From Candidatus Lambdaproteobacteria bacterium RIFOXYD2_FULL_50_16 (GTDB lineage: Bacteria > SAR324 > XYD2-FULL-50-16), in assembly GCA_001783695.1 (NCBI GenBank), contig MFNE01000046.1, positions 30,143-94,142 of the forward strand: a DNA stretch of 64,000 nucleotides, in the 5' to 3' direction. Below, piece by piece: positions 41,394 to 51,385 of this stretch (positions are counted from its first letter, which is position 1; each line of letters opens with the position of its first letter). The notes beneath the pieces were generated by a model. The model saw only the letters and a program-made list of their open reading frames with translations. It did not search any database and was not told where the DNA came from. The position numbers and the translations under genes were made by a program.

Positions 41394-42026
41394 ATGCGCC
41401 CACCTCTAATCACCTTCGAAGGGATCGACGGCTCTGGGAAAACCACCCAAATGGGGCGGTTGAGCGAGCGGTTAAAGGCCTTGGGTCGGCCCTTTATGAC
41501 TACTCGCGAGCCCGGAGCGACCGATATTGGCCGTCAGATTCGGCAAATTTTGTTAGACCCGAAAAACCGGGCCATGCGCCCAGATGTGGAACTGCTACTC
41601 TACATGGCCGACCGAATCCAGCATTTAGAAGAACAAATTCGCCCTGCGTTAGAAAAAGGCCAATTGGTGCTTTGCGACCGTTACCACGACGCCACTTTAG
41701 CCTACCAAGGCGGAGGTCGGGGGCTGGATTTGGGTTGGCTGAAACCGCTGGAAGCCAAGCTGGTAAAGCCCTTACGGACCTATTTTATCCGCATTGACCC
41801 CGAAGAATCTCGAAGTCGGCTTGACCGACGCAACCGGGATCAAGGGATGGACAATTGCCGATTAGAAGAGGAAGACCTCGCCTTCTTTCGGGCAGTGGAC
41901 CGAGGGTATCAACAACTCGCCTTAGCAGAACCGAAACGATTTTGTATAATAGATGGTTTAGGAGAATTAGAGGCGATTGAGTGTTTGATCTGGAACGATT
42001 TGGAGCCACGCTTGGAGGCCCTGTGA
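41394..42026 (+). CDS. tmk: Thymidylate kinase
   Basis: FEGIDGSGKTTQ, TREPG and CDRYHDATLAYQG. Confidence 0.96.
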   Translation: MRPPLITFEGIDGSGKTTQMGRLSERLKALGRPFMTTREPGATDIGRQIRQILLDPKNRAMRPDVELLLYMADRIQHLEEQIRPALEKGQLVLCDRYHDATLAYQGGGRGLDLGWLKPLEAKLVKPLRTYFIRIDPEESRSRLDRRNRDQGMDNCRLEEEDLAFFRAVDRGYQQLALAEPKRFCIIDGLGELEAIECLIWNDLEPRLEAL

Positions 42027-43009
42027 AGCTGGCTGGGGTGATTGGCAATGGGCCTATTGTAAAACATTTATTAGCCACTCACCAAGCGGATCATCTGCCT
42101 TCTGCCTTCTTGTTTTTGGGGCCTGAGGGGATAGGGAAATCTACGCTAGTGCGCTCCTTTGCTGAACAAATCAATTGCGAAAGCCAAAGCGCCTGTGGCC
42201 ATTGCGAAAACTGCCGACTCTTTAGGGGGGGCAGCCATCCCGACTTTATTGTCGTCACCCCTCAAGGCAAAAATATTCGGATTGCCCAAATCCAGGGGTT
42301 GATCTCGGCGCTGTCTCTTAGGCCGATGTACGCCAAAAAAAGGGTGGCTTTGGTTAAGTCGGTAGAGCGACTAAATCAGGAATCGGCCAACGCCTTTTTG
42401 AAAATTTTAGAAGAGCCTCCCTTGGACACTCTCTTGGTGCTGACCGCCAGTGACCGAGGGCAGTTGATGGACACCTTGCTTAGTCGCTGCCAGGAGTTAA
42501 ACTTCTCCCCTTTGAGTGCCCCCGAATTACAGCAGGTGTTAGACCAGCATTTTCCCTTGGAGCCCCTGGCTAAGGCTTTAGTGTTGCGCCATTCAGAGGG
42601 AAGGGTACGCAAAGACCTGATCGAAAAGGCTGCGCAGTTGGTCGCTTTGGAAGAGCATATTGAAAGTATTCTTTTTTCCCAACGCCCTGAAGCCTTGACC
42701 GATCATTTCGTCTGGATCGAGTCCTTAGTAAAACAGGAGTTGGAGCGCTTCTTTTTGGAATTTTTAGCCGGTTGGTTTCGGGATATGTTACTCCATAAAC
42801 AGTCGGTTTCGGCTCAGCCCTATTCGAGGGCTAGCTTTAGTAATTTAAATCCTAGAGGGTTGGCGATACCGCCAGAGGTGCTGGCTCACGCCTTTGATTT
42901 AACTATCGAAACCGAAGTGGCCATCAAGGCCCAAGCCGGGCGGCAACTGGCGCTTGAAGGGCTGTTATTAAAGCTGAATCATTTGTTTCGCGGGGCTTTG
43001 GTATTATGA
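42023..43009 (+). CDS. holB: DNA polymerase III delta' subunit
   Basis: GPEGIGKS, CGHCENC, HPDF, ANAFLKILEEPP and TLLSRC; GTG start overlaps the tmk stop. Confidence 0.93.
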   Translation: MKLAGVIGNGPIVKHLLATHQADHLPSAFLFLGPEGIGKSTLVRSFAEQINCESQSACGHCENCRLFRGGSHPDFIVVTPQGKNIRIAQIQGLISALSLRPMYAKKRVALVKSVERLNQESANAFLKILEEPPLDTLLVLTASDRGQLMDTLLSRCQELNFSPLSAPELQQVLDQHFPLEPLAKALVLRHSEGRVRKDLIEKAAQLVALEEHIESILFSQRPEALTDHFVWIESLVKQELERFFLEFLAGWFRDMLLHKQSVSAQPYSRASFSNLNPRGLAIPPEVLAHAFDLTIETEVAIKAQAGRQLALEGLLLKLNHLFRGALVL

Positions 43010-43683
43010 AAGGGTTCTTGTGTTTTCTCTTGCTTTGGACCCCAACCCTTTGGGCGCAAACCCCTTTTGAAGATGCGCTCAAACAGGGCGGAGCCAACCG
43101 GAAATGGGCTTTGGAACAGCTAGCTTTAGGGATTTTGGCTCAGGAAAACCAAAGCGCGGTAGATTGGTTTAATCTAGGTCAGGTCCGTAGGGCTCAGAGC
43201 CAGCCGGTTTTGGCTCTGTGGGCCTATCGCCAATCTCTATTTTTAAGTCCCAATTTCGAGGTGGCCCTGCGGGCTCAAGCGCAATTGGAAAAGGAACTAG
43301 AAATATCCCCCCAACCGGCACCTTGGTCCCTTCCCTCTTGGGCTTGGGGTTTGGGGTTGGTGATTAGTTTTGGGCTGATATGGCCAGTTTGGTCTAAACA
43401 ACCACTCTTGTCTGGATTTTTGGTCCTGTTGTCCTTGGGCGCTGCCCTGGGACTGCTAAGCCCGCTTTGGCCGACCGATCCGAGCTTTATGGCTGCGGAA
43501 TCTCAAAGCCTAAGGTTGGGGCCTGGAGCTGAATATCCGGTCAGCGGGGCTTTGGTCAAAGGGGAAGTGGTGCGGGCCGGAAAACAATGGGGAAACTGGC
43601 TTTTAATTAAGCGGGCTGGTGAGGAACGCTGGGTGGACCGCCGGCCCTTACTTAAGCTAGGGCTAACAAGTAAATCCGGTTAA
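43006..43683 (+). CDS. BatE-like TPR + TM + SH3 protein
   Basis: Signal peptide, a TPR (WFNLG..A..AY..SL.LSP), two TM helices and an SH3-like tail (LRLGPGAEYP...GE.V...W). Confidence 0.6.
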   Translation: MKGFLCFLLLWTPTLWAQTPFEDALKQGGANRKWALEQLALGILAQENQSAVDWFNLGQVRRAQSQPVLALWAYRQSLFLSPNFEVALRAQAQLEKELEISPQPAPWSLPSWAWGLGLVISFGLIWPVWSKQPLLSGFLVLLSLGAALGLLSPLWPTDPSFMAAESQSLRLGPGAEYPVSGALVKGEVVRAGKQWGNWLLIKRAGEERWVDRRPLLKLGLTSKSG

Positions 43684-44449
43684 AAATCAATTCGATCCTC
43701 CCCTCCGCGTCTTGTTGGGCGGCCAATCCGTCGCCAAAGAGCTGGCGGAATTGGGCTTCGTAGCTTGGGGGGTAGGGACTGGGGTAGTGGGTTGGGTCTA
43801 AATATCCGGCGGCGGCACCACTTTCGAAAACATTCATCGCTTGACTCAAGGTCATTTTTACTCGGTCGGTTTGTATCTCTGACTGCACTTCTGAAAACAG
43901 GGCTTTTAAAAACAGCGCATTATAATCTTCAGCAGTCTCCAAAAAAAGCCAAGGGTTCTGCAATCCAGCCAAAATCTCCCCGGTTTCAGGATGAGACATT
44001 ACTGCTTCTAACGCCTTGATAAAGTTCGGGCAATAGAGGCGGGTGGCCGGGGCTTGCATGGCCATCCGCCCTTTATTTTTTAAAGACCTATGGCACTGGC
44101 TGAGAACTAAATCGGGATTTTTAAACCACTGGAAGGCGGAATTACAAAAAATCAGGTCGAAATAGTTTTCCATGTGTATCTCTTCGGCACTGGAGACACA
44201 ATATTCAAGACCCAAGGGCAGGCCGCCAAGGCGGGCTTGGGTAATCATCGCTTGGGAGGCGTCTAATCCCACTAAGGGAGCGCCCGTGATCCGGCGGATG
44301 GCCCGGGAAAATCGGCCTGAACCACAACCTAAATCCAGGGTGATCTCCCCCACCCGAGGTTTGGCCAATTCGAGTAATTTTTCTCCGGCATCGGCTTGGA
44401 CTAGGGCCTGATAATCGTAGGTATGAGCGATTTTCGAAAAGTCGGCCAT
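43652..44449 (-). CDS. Class I SAM-dependent methyltransferase (BioC/Tam-like)
   Basis: LDLGCGSG, GLDAS..M and FDLIFCNSAFQW. Confidence 0.85.
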   Translation of the reverse strand: MADFSKIAHTYDYQALVQADAGEKLLELAKPRVGEITLDLGCGSGRFSRAIRRITGAPLVGLDASQAMITQARLGGLPLGLEYCVSSAEEIHMENYFDLIFCNSAFQWFKNPDLVLSQCHRSLKNKGRMAMQAPATRLYCPNFIKALEAVMSHPETGEILAGLQNPWLFLETAEDYNALFLKALFSEVQSEIQTDRVKMTLSQAMNVFESGAAAGYLDPTHYPSPYPPSYEAQFRQLFGDGLAAQQDAEGRIELIFNRIYLLALA

Positions 44450-44452
44450 GGT

Positions 44453-45346
44453 TTAATAACTAGTTCTAAGATAACAAAACTTGATCCATTGGCCAAAAAA
44501 CTCGTTGCGGTGACTACGCCAGCAGTTTTCTGGTTTTTCAGGATCAAACCCTACTGGCGGCCTCACGTCCTTGCGGCCCAAGGCTTGGTCTCGGTTGAAC
44601 TCTTCGATCAGCCTGCCTGAGTTGTATTCTGGGTGCCCCAGATGGATCAAATATCGTTGGTCCACCGATTCCATGATAGTGTAACCGGTTTCTTGATTGT
44701 GTGCCAAAAGGTTAAGGATACCCTTATCGCGCGCGGCCTCCAAGTCGGCGTCTGCATAACCAGCATGTCGGGATTGGGGGCAATTAAAAAAATCGTCCAG
44801 GTCACCGGTAATATTGTGAGTTTTATCGAGGTTTTTTGTCCGGTAAACCCCAAAAATCTTGGTTTCAGTGAGTCGCTTATTGAGATTTAAAATCTTGGCT
44901 AAGGCCATCCCACCCCAACAGATACCCAAGGTGGAAGCGATATTGGAACGGGCGTATTCCAAAATACGTTTGACCTCATCCCAATATTTAATCGCCTCGA
45001 ACTCCAGTTCCTCTACCGGCGCTCCGGTGATAATCAAGCCGTCCAAGTGTTTCTCTGCAATCGCCTCTTCAAAGGTGATGTAGAGGTTTTCCATGTGTTC
45101 TGAACTGCTCGATTTGTATTCGTGAGATTTCAGCCGAATCCAAACCGGGTCGATCTGTAAGATCGATTTTCCTAAGGGGAAAAGCAGGTTAAACTCATAG
45201 GATTTAACATTGGGCATGATATTTAAGATGCCGATTCGCAGAGGACGTATATCTTGCAACGCCGCATCATCTGGTTTGATACAGGTGATGTGATTCGATT
45301 CCAACGCCGCTTGGGCGTGGTGGTCTTTCGGTAGGATGATGGTCAT
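44453..45346 (-). CDS. metA: Homoserine O-acyltransferase (MetA family, predicted acetyltransferase)
   Basis: QDIRPLRIGILNIMP, ITGAPVE, ICWG, PQSRH and GHPEY. Confidence 0.93.
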   Translation of the reverse strand: MTIILPKDHHAQAALESNHITCIKPDDAALQDIRPLRIGILNIMPNVKSYEFNLLFPLGKSILQIDPVWIRLKSHEYKSSSSEHMENLYITFEEAIAEKHLDGLIITGAPVEELEFEAIKYWDEVKRILEYARSNIASTLGICWGGMALAKILNLNKRLTETKIFGVYRTKNLDKTHNITGDLDDFFNCPQSRHAGYADADLEAARDKGILNLLAHNQETGYTIMESVDQRYLIHLGHPEYNSGRLIEEFNRDQALGRKDVRPPVGFDPEKPENCWRSHRNEFFGQWIKFCYLRTSY

Positions 45347-46113
45347 AGTCGTTTTTTCCTCGCCGATAAATACAGGCCCAACAGGATCAGGGGGAAGCTT
45401 AAAAGCTGGCCCAGGTTAAGCGGTAACCCGGCCTCAAAGGGGACTTGGTTTTCTTTTATTCCCTCGATAAACAATCGAGAAATAAAAATCCCCACTAACA
45501 TCAGGCCCAATAGCCGCCCATTAAAATCTTTGGTCTTCGCCCGATGATAGAGGGTGAAGAGTACTCCGAATGTAAGCAAATAACAGGCCGCCTCATATAG
45601 CTGGGCCGGGTGCCTAGGCAAGGGGTCAATCAACCCAAAGACCACCCCCCAACTGCCATCAGTGGGCCGCCCGATAATCTCTTGGTTAAAAAAATTCCCG
45701 GTGCGAATCAAGGCCCCTCCTATAGGAACGGTCAAAGCAATCCGCTCTAATAACCAGAGGTAGGCGTACCCCTTTTTTTGGGCAAACCACCAAAGCGTCA
45801 AAAACATCCCTAGCGCCGCTCCGTGACTGGCGAGCCCACCCTTTTGCACCATCAGGATTTCAATGGGGTGGCTTAGGTAAAAGTCGGGCTCATAAAACAA
45901 GCAGTGGCCAAGTCTAGCACCTATAACGGTCCCCAAAACCATATAAAAAAGCAGAGAGTCTAGGTCTTTGGGGTCTTTGTTTTCCGCCAAAAACACCTGC
46001 TTCATAATCAGCGTTCCCAAGAAAAAACCAGACGCAAACAAAACCCCGTAATAACGAATCTGTAAAAAACCCAAATCCAAAAGGACGGGGTCCTGGTTCC
46101 AGAAAAAAATCAT
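45343..46113 (-). CDS. lgt: Prolipoprotein diacylglyceryl transferase
   Basis: IRYYG, GARLGH, GGLASHG, RTGNFFNQE and RHPAQLYE. Confidence 0.96.
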   Translation of the reverse strand: MIFFWNQDPVLLDLGFLQIRYYGVLFASGFFLGTLIMKQVFLAENKDPKDLDSLLFYMVLGTVIGARLGHCLFYEPDFYLSHPIEILMVQKGGLASHGAALGMFLTLWWFAQKKGYAYLWLLERIALTVPIGGALIRTGNFFNQEIIGRPTDGSWGVVFGLIDPLPRHPAQLYEAACYLLTFGVLFTLYHRAKTKDFNGRLLGLMLVGIFISRLFIEGIKENQVPFEAGLPLNLGQLLSFPLILLGLYLSARKKRL

Positions 46114-46114
46114 T

Positions 46115-46963
46115 TTAAGTCAAACTCGAATAGGTGCCGAGGACCTTAAAGTCGATCTTCTGGGACTTTAGTGCTTCTAAACAGGTGGCGCTGCGGTGGT
46201 TGTTGTAAAAATCAATAAAGAACCGATACTGCCAGGGATGGATTTTTGAGGGTCTGGACTCTAAACGACATAGGTTGAGCCCAAACACATGAAATTCCCG
46301 CAATATTTCAAACAAAAGGCCGTGCCGGTCCTCGTGGGATTCAATCAACAGACTGGTTTTATGTTTGGTAAAATCAGGCTGATCTGTGGGTTCTTGAACC
46401 TTGATCACAGCAAAGCGGGTCGAGTTGTTAAGGTAGTCCTCAATTTTTTCTTCAAGTATTTTACTCGAAAGGGCTGGGTCTTGTTGGGCACGAATCCGGG
46501 GAACAATCGCGGCTATCTTTGAATCTTTGGGTTCTTTTAAAAACTGCTGGGCCGAATCCATGTTCGACTGGCTATAAAGCACCCGTGCTTTAGGCAGGTG
46601 CCTAGCCGTGAAATTCATACATTGATTAAAAGCCACTTCATGGCAAAAAAAACCGGTGATCTCATGAAGGGGCCGATTGGCGACCAGCGCATAACTGACA
46701 GCGACTAAAGCCTCTGCTATAATCACGACCTGATTCTCGACTAAAGCGTCTTGGGCGGGCCCCACAATACCAGAACTGGAATTTTCAATAGGCATCACCC
46801 CCAAGGCAGATGGGTCGGCGACCACTTCTAGGGCGATTTGGGGCAGGGTGTTGGTGTAGCTAATGGGTTTGTTGCCACCCACAAGACTTGCAGCTTGGTT
46901 AGAAAAGGTGCCCTCTGGACCCAGCGTTATGATCCGATTGGCTTTTTCCAATAGTTTGATCAT
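46115..46963 (-). CDS. pheA: Prephenate dehydratase with ACT domain
   Basis: LGPEGTFS, PIENSSSG, NSTRF and NLCRLESRP; no chorismate mutase domain. Confidence 0.9.
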   Translation of the reverse strand: MIKLLEKANRIITLGPEGTFSNQAASLVGGNKPISYTNTLPQIALEVVADPSALGVMPIENSSSGIVGPAQDALVENQVVIIAEALVAVSYALVANRPLHEITGFFCHEVAFNQCMNFTARHLPKARVLYSQSNMDSAQQFLKEPKDSKIAAIVPRIRAQQDPALSSKILEEKIEDYLNNSTRFAVIKVQEPTDQPDFTKHKTSLLIESHEDRHGLLFEILREFHVFGLNLCRLESRPSKIHPWQYRFFIDFYNNHRSATCLEALKSQKIDFKVLGTYSSLT

Positions 46964-47120
46964 CAAGACAAAGGGTTTTGGAGGTTTTTGGAAGCCCTTT
47001 TTAACCAAGGTGAACCCCTAGTGTCCCCTGGCTAGGGGGGCAAGTCAACCCTATGTTGACGGCTAGCCCCTAACCAAGTTAGATTGGCCGATTCGTTTAA
47101 CCTCTATCGACTCCAAGACT

Positions 47121-49016
47121 ATGCTTTCGCTGATTCGCAACAACGTCCAATCCTTTTTTGTTAAGGCGATCGTGCTCATCGTCTGTGGGGTTATGCTGTT
47201 TTTTGGGATTACCACCTATCAAGATCAAGGGGTGAACACCCTGGCAGAGGTAGGCGGGATTGAAGTTAAGTTAGAAGCTTATCAACGCTACTATGACCAG
47301 ACGGCACAAGACCTGCGGCAGCGATACGGGGCCAACGCACAACGAATTATGGAAGCGACTAATCTGAAACAGCAGATTTTGAGCCAACTGGTTAACAATG
47401 CTCTTTTGCTAAAAAGCGCCCAGTTCAACGGTTTGGCCATCACCGACGAGGAATTGGCCCAATGGCTTCGATCAAACCCCCAGTTTCTAACCGACGGGCG
47501 TTTTGATCAACACAAATATGACGAGCTGCTAAAAGGCATGAGGTCTAGTTCTGCCGAGTTTGAAGCAGAAATGCGCCAAGAACTTTTAGCGCAAAAATAC
47601 CTTAATTTGGTGGGAAGAAGTCACTTGGTTTCAAAAGAATACGTTGAAACCCTGTACCGGCGTGACCAAACCGAAATGACCGCTAAGATATTCCAGGTAG
47701 AAGGCGAGGACCTTAAGATTAAGGCCCAGCTAAGTCCCGAAGAATTGCAGGCCTACTACAACGGTCATCCTGAACGATTCCAGTCTGTTGGGGCGTTTAA
47801 GCTCAACTACTTTCTCTACGGTTCCTCCGACCTGACTGGCCAAGCCAAGGTTTCGGATAAGGCGTTAGAACTCTATTACAAAAAAAATCGCGAAAAGCTT
47901 TATACTGAAAAGGCGAGTTATCAAAGTCACCATATTTTGATCAAAGTCGCTGAAGGCACCAATCCCCAGTCTGCGCGAGATAGAGCCGGCGCGTTGTATA
48001 AACAACTCGAAGCCGATCCCAAGGGGTTTGAAAAGTTTGCCAAAAGCCATAGCGAAGACTTGGCCACCGCGCCTTCGGGCGGCGATTTAGGCCGAGTGGA
48101 AGTCGGTCACTTCTTGCCCCAGTTCGACGCCCAGATCGAAAAACTCGAACCCGGCCAGATCAGTCCGCCCTTCTTGACTCGCTTTGGATACCATATTGCT
48201 CGATTAGACCAAAGAAATAATGAACGGCGGCGGAGTTTTGAAGAGGTCAAAGGGGAGATAGAGGCCGAATTGGTGGGCAAAAAAGCCCAGCGCAAGCTTG
48301 CCCTTTGGCAGGAAAACGCCACCAAACAACTCGCTTCGTCTCCTTTAAGCGCACTAGCTCAAGGCAAGACCATCACCGAAACCCCAATATTTGACCAGCA
48401 AACCGACCTAGGCCCGTTAGGTGCCTCGGCCCCGATTTATGCGGAAATTAAAAAGAAGAAGGTGGGAGACAAGGGGGTTATGGAATTAGGGGCTAATCTT
48501 CTGGCCTACGAAGTGGTCCAGGTAACCGAGCCCAAGACCAAACCTTTTGCCGAGGTCAAGGAGCAGGTAGCCCTCTTCGCCCAGGTTGAAAAAGAAAAGG
48601 AATTGGTCGCGCAAGCAATGACCAAATTAACCCAAGAAATAGTTGACCCTGCCGCCTTTGATGCCTTTAGCAAACGGGTCAACAAGAAGGCGGAAGAGGT
48701 GCAGTTTTTTTATAAAGACCAGCAGGTTGGCAAATTCAGTGCCGGGCGGGAGTTTGTGCAAGCCCTATACGAGCTAGAGCCAGGACAGGCGCGGTTTATT
48801 GCTCAGGGGAATATGGGTTATGCTGCTATTTTAGTGGCCAAGACCCAAGGGGACCCCGCCATGGGCGCTACCGCCCTTGGTCGGATGGGAGATGAATTTA
48901 AGGGGCAGAAGGCGCAGGTGTTGTTGGCCGGACTGGTGGACGAATTACGCAAAACCACGCCGATCCATTATAATGCTAAATTGATGAATGCCCTAGAAAT
49001 CACCGGCAGGCCGTAA
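47121..49016 (+). CDS. ppiD: PpiD/SurA-type membrane-anchored periplasmic chaperone/parvulin PPIase
   Basis: N-terminal TM and SurA-N domain; parvulin motifs HILI, SED...GGDLG and FGYHI. Confidence 0.85.
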   Translation: MLSLIRNNVQSFFVKAIVLIVCGVMLFFGITTYQDQGVNTLAEVGGIEVKLEAYQRYYDQTAQDLRQRYGANAQRIMEATNLKQQILSQLVNNALLLKSAQFNGLAITDEELAQWLRSNPQFLTDGRFDQHKYDELLKGMRSSSAEFEAEMRQELLAQKYLNLVGRSHLVSKEYVETLYRRDQTEMTAKIFQVEGEDLKIKAQLSPEELQAYYNGHPERFQSVGAFKLNYFLYGSSDLTGQAKVSDKALELYYKKNREKLYTEKASYQSHHILIKVAEGTNPQSARDRAGALYKQLEADPKGFEKFAKSHSEDLATAPSGGDLGRVEVGHFLPQFDAQIEKLEPGQISPPFLTRFGYHIARLDQRNNERRRSFEEVKGEIEAELVGKKAQRKLALWQENATKQLASSPLSALAQGKTITETPIFDQQTDLGPLGASAPIYAEIKKKKVGDKGVMELGANLLAYEVVQVTEPKTKPFAEVKEQVALFAQVEKEKELVAQAMTKLTQEIVDPAAFDAFSKRVNKKAEEVQFFYKDQQVGKFSAGREFVQALYELEPGQARFIAQGNMGYAAILVAKTQGDPAMGATALGRMGDEFKGQKAQVLLAGLVDELRKTTPIHYNAKLMNALEITGRP

Positions 49017-49105
49017 AAAAATACCTTGCGGTACAATATTCAATCAGGTTAAAGGTCTAGGAATCAAACCCCAAGCCTTTTTATCGAACATTTGCAGGGA
49101 GCAAT

Positions 49106-49348
49106 ATGGAAATTCTCGACCAAATTGAAAATCGGATCAAACAAGCGATCAACCGCATCGGTGAACTTCAGGCGCGTGTAGAGGCTTTGGAGGAAGAAAA
49201 AATCCAGTATGAAGAAAAGCTTGTCTCTTTGTTGGAACAATTGGATCAAGCCTCTGGCGAAGAGTCCACCCAAATTGAATCCCAGGAAGAGCCTTTGGTT
49301 CATCACGGATTTGACGGCCACTCTCATATGGACCAACCCCATTTCTAA
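49106..49348 (+). CDS. Small coiled-coil protein, ZapB-like
   Basis: GGGAG RBS; LDQIENRIKQAINRIGELQARVEALEEE heptad pattern resembles the ZapB N-terminus. Confidence 0.6.
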   Translation: MEILDQIENRIKQAINRIGELQARVEALEEEKIQYEEKLVSLLEQLDQASGEESTQIESQEEPLVHHGFDGHSHMDQPHF

Positions 49349-50363
49349 GGGTATCCTCCGTTGGGTTGTGCTGGCCGCTCTGGTTTTGAGCGGCCCCTCC
49401 TTAGTCCGGGCCAAGTCGCTCTTGGCTATCTTTCCATTAGAAAACACCCGCATCACTTCTGACTATGATTGGTTTGGGAGTTATGTAGAAGGATATCTGC
49501 GTGCCAACCTAACCCGCATGGGGCAGGTGGATCTAATCAGTTTTGAGGTGCTAAGAACCGCGCCTGAAAAGGGGCCACTGGTTTGGGGTGGATACCGTTT
49601 AGGCGGGACTTATCAAAAGGTTGGGCGCTTGGTTCAAATCAAGCTGGCTTTGAGTGAAAAAGGGGAGGAGGTCCAGTCTTGGGAGCGGACCTTTAAGCCG
49701 CAAGAAATGGCGGATCAACTGCAAGCTTTGGGTAAGGCCGTTTTAGAGCGAGTGGCGCCTGGAGCCCAATGGCCAGCCAACGAATTTTATTTAGACCCAA
49801 GCGAGGAAACGGCTAGTTTTTTTAAAGCCCGGCACAAGCGCTTTACCCAGGCCGAAGGCCCTAGCTTACAAGAGGCTTACCGGCTCTTTACCCGCTTTGG
49901 CGAATATGAGGAGCCCCTGATTATCGCCGAGGTAGCGACCCAGCTATATCTGGCTTCAATCAACGAGCCCAAAGAGATGGTCGAGCTGCTTAAAAAGGGG
50001 GAGCGGCTCTTAAGGCGGGGATTGGTCGCCCATCCTGATTCAGCGGAACTGTTGGCGGCCTTGGCGCTGGGTTATTATTTAACCCGCAGCTACCCTAGCT
50101 TTATCGAAAAAACCGCTGAACAAGCTTTAAGGCGTGATTCGAGGCAAGACTTGGCTTTATGGATGAAAATATTAAGTGTAGGAATGCAAAGCGGCCAAGG
50201 GCACGAGCTGTTACTTCAGTTTCGCGGGCTTAACCCTTACGGGTTTGGGTCCAAGGCAAGGTTGCCCTATTTACACGGAATCTTTAAAACAGAGATGGCC
50301 CGTGCTGAGACCATTATTCAACAAGTTGAAAACCCAGACCCTATGAACCTGCAATCCCGATGA
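49311..50363 (+). CDS. Exported hypothetical protein (TolB-N-like start, TPR-like C-terminus)
   Basis: Signal-like LRWVVLAALVLSGPSLVRA, then LAIFPLEN; start uncertain (TTG 49311 or ATG 49209). Confidence 0.6.
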   Translation: MTATLIWTNPISKGILRWVVLAALVLSGPSLVRAKSLLAIFPLENTRITSDYDWFGSYVEGYLRANLTRMGQVDLISFEVLRTAPEKGPLVWGGYRLGGTYQKVGRLVQIKLALSEKGEEVQSWERTFKPQEMADQLQALGKAVLERVAPGAQWPANEFYLDPSEETASFFKARHKRFTQAEGPSLQEAYRLFTRFGEYEEPLIIAEVATQLYLASINEPKEMVELLKKGERLLRRGLVAHPDSAELLAALALGYYLTRSYPSFIEKTAEQALRRDSRQDLALWMKILSVGMQSGQGHELLLQFRGLNPYGFGSKARLPYLHGIFKTEMARAETIIQQVENPDPMNLQSR

Positions 50364-51385
50364 AGTTACCGATTTTGCTGATTGTGGCGCTTGCCTTGGC
50401 CGGTTGTAACTACAACTATTATCAAGGTAAAGAGCTCGAAGAGGGGGGCCGTTTTGAAGAGGCTAACATCGAGTACCACCGAGCCTATACCAGCGACCCA
50501 GGCGACGAGGACTACCAAAACGCCTTTGAGCGAACCGCCGAGCAAACCACCGAAGACCTGTTACTGCGCTATCAGCAATACCTGGATCAAGGGAAAATGG
50601 AGATTGCTTATGATCGCTTAAAAAAAGCGAAAAACCTATCTCCGAACCATCCGGTCGTGCTTCGCGAATTGCGCCGCTGGACCAGTGTGTTGATTGCAGG
50701 CAAGGTTGATTTCAGCTTCGAAAGTTTAAAATCGCAAATCCCTCTGGCTGACGAGATGGAGTTGTTGGTGCGGATCAATACCTCTGATCCCCAAAAAATT
50801 CTCGACGCCAAAGTGGACAACCGAACCCATATTTTTGCAGTTGAAGACGTGATTTATAACGTTTCCCAAAAGGATTTGATTTTTTACAGCCTTAATTCAA
50901 TAGGGATCAAACTTAGCAAAAAAACTAGTCACGACGCCCGGTTTATCAAGTTTGTCGATGTGAAGATCCCCTACCCCAAAGATGTAAACGGGTCCCTGGA
51001 TTCCTTAGGTGACGACTTAAAACCAGTAGAACAGATCTATCCCTTAGAAGAATTATCCCGCTCTGCCGCCCCTGAAGACTGGGTGGCTAGCCGGGGTTTG
51101 GTTTATAGTTTGGAGTTAAAAGGGGACCGTATCTGGGTGGAAAGTTCAAACGGCAACATCGATTACCTGCCCCAATTGCTTTATATTAACAACCAAGAGC
51201 GGCGCATCTTTTTAGATTTTGGTAAACTAAACTGCATTCAACGCCGCCGAGGGGGATTTTGGACCTTTAAGCGGGTGATTGAACCAGAGCGGCAATATCT
51301 AAAGGAACTTCGGACCAATCTGATGTATTTCCCTTATTTCTACTTCCGCGAAGGTGCCTACGCTTTTGTTAAAAAGCCTAGCTAA
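50360..51385 (+). CDS. Lipoprotein with N-terminal TPR, unknown function
   Basis: Lipobox LALAGC; TPR-like helices; start overlaps the upstream stop by 4 nt. Confidence 0.75.
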   Translation: MKLPILLIVALALAGCNYNYYQGKELEEGGRFEEANIEYHRAYTSDPGDEDYQNAFERTAEQTTEDLLLRYQQYLDQGKMEIAYDRLKKAKNLSPNHPVVLRELRRWTSVLIAGKVDFSFESLKSQIPLADEMELLVRINTSDPQKILDAKVDNRTHIFAVEDVIYNVSQKDLIFYSLNSIGIKLSKKTSHDARFIKFVDVKIPYPKDVNGSLDSLGDDLKPVEQIYPLEELSRSAAPEDWVASRGLVYSLELKGDRIWVESSNGNIDYLPQLLYINNQERRIFLDFGKLNCIQRRRGGFWTFKRVIEPERQYLKELRTNLMYFPYFYFREGAYAFVKKPS

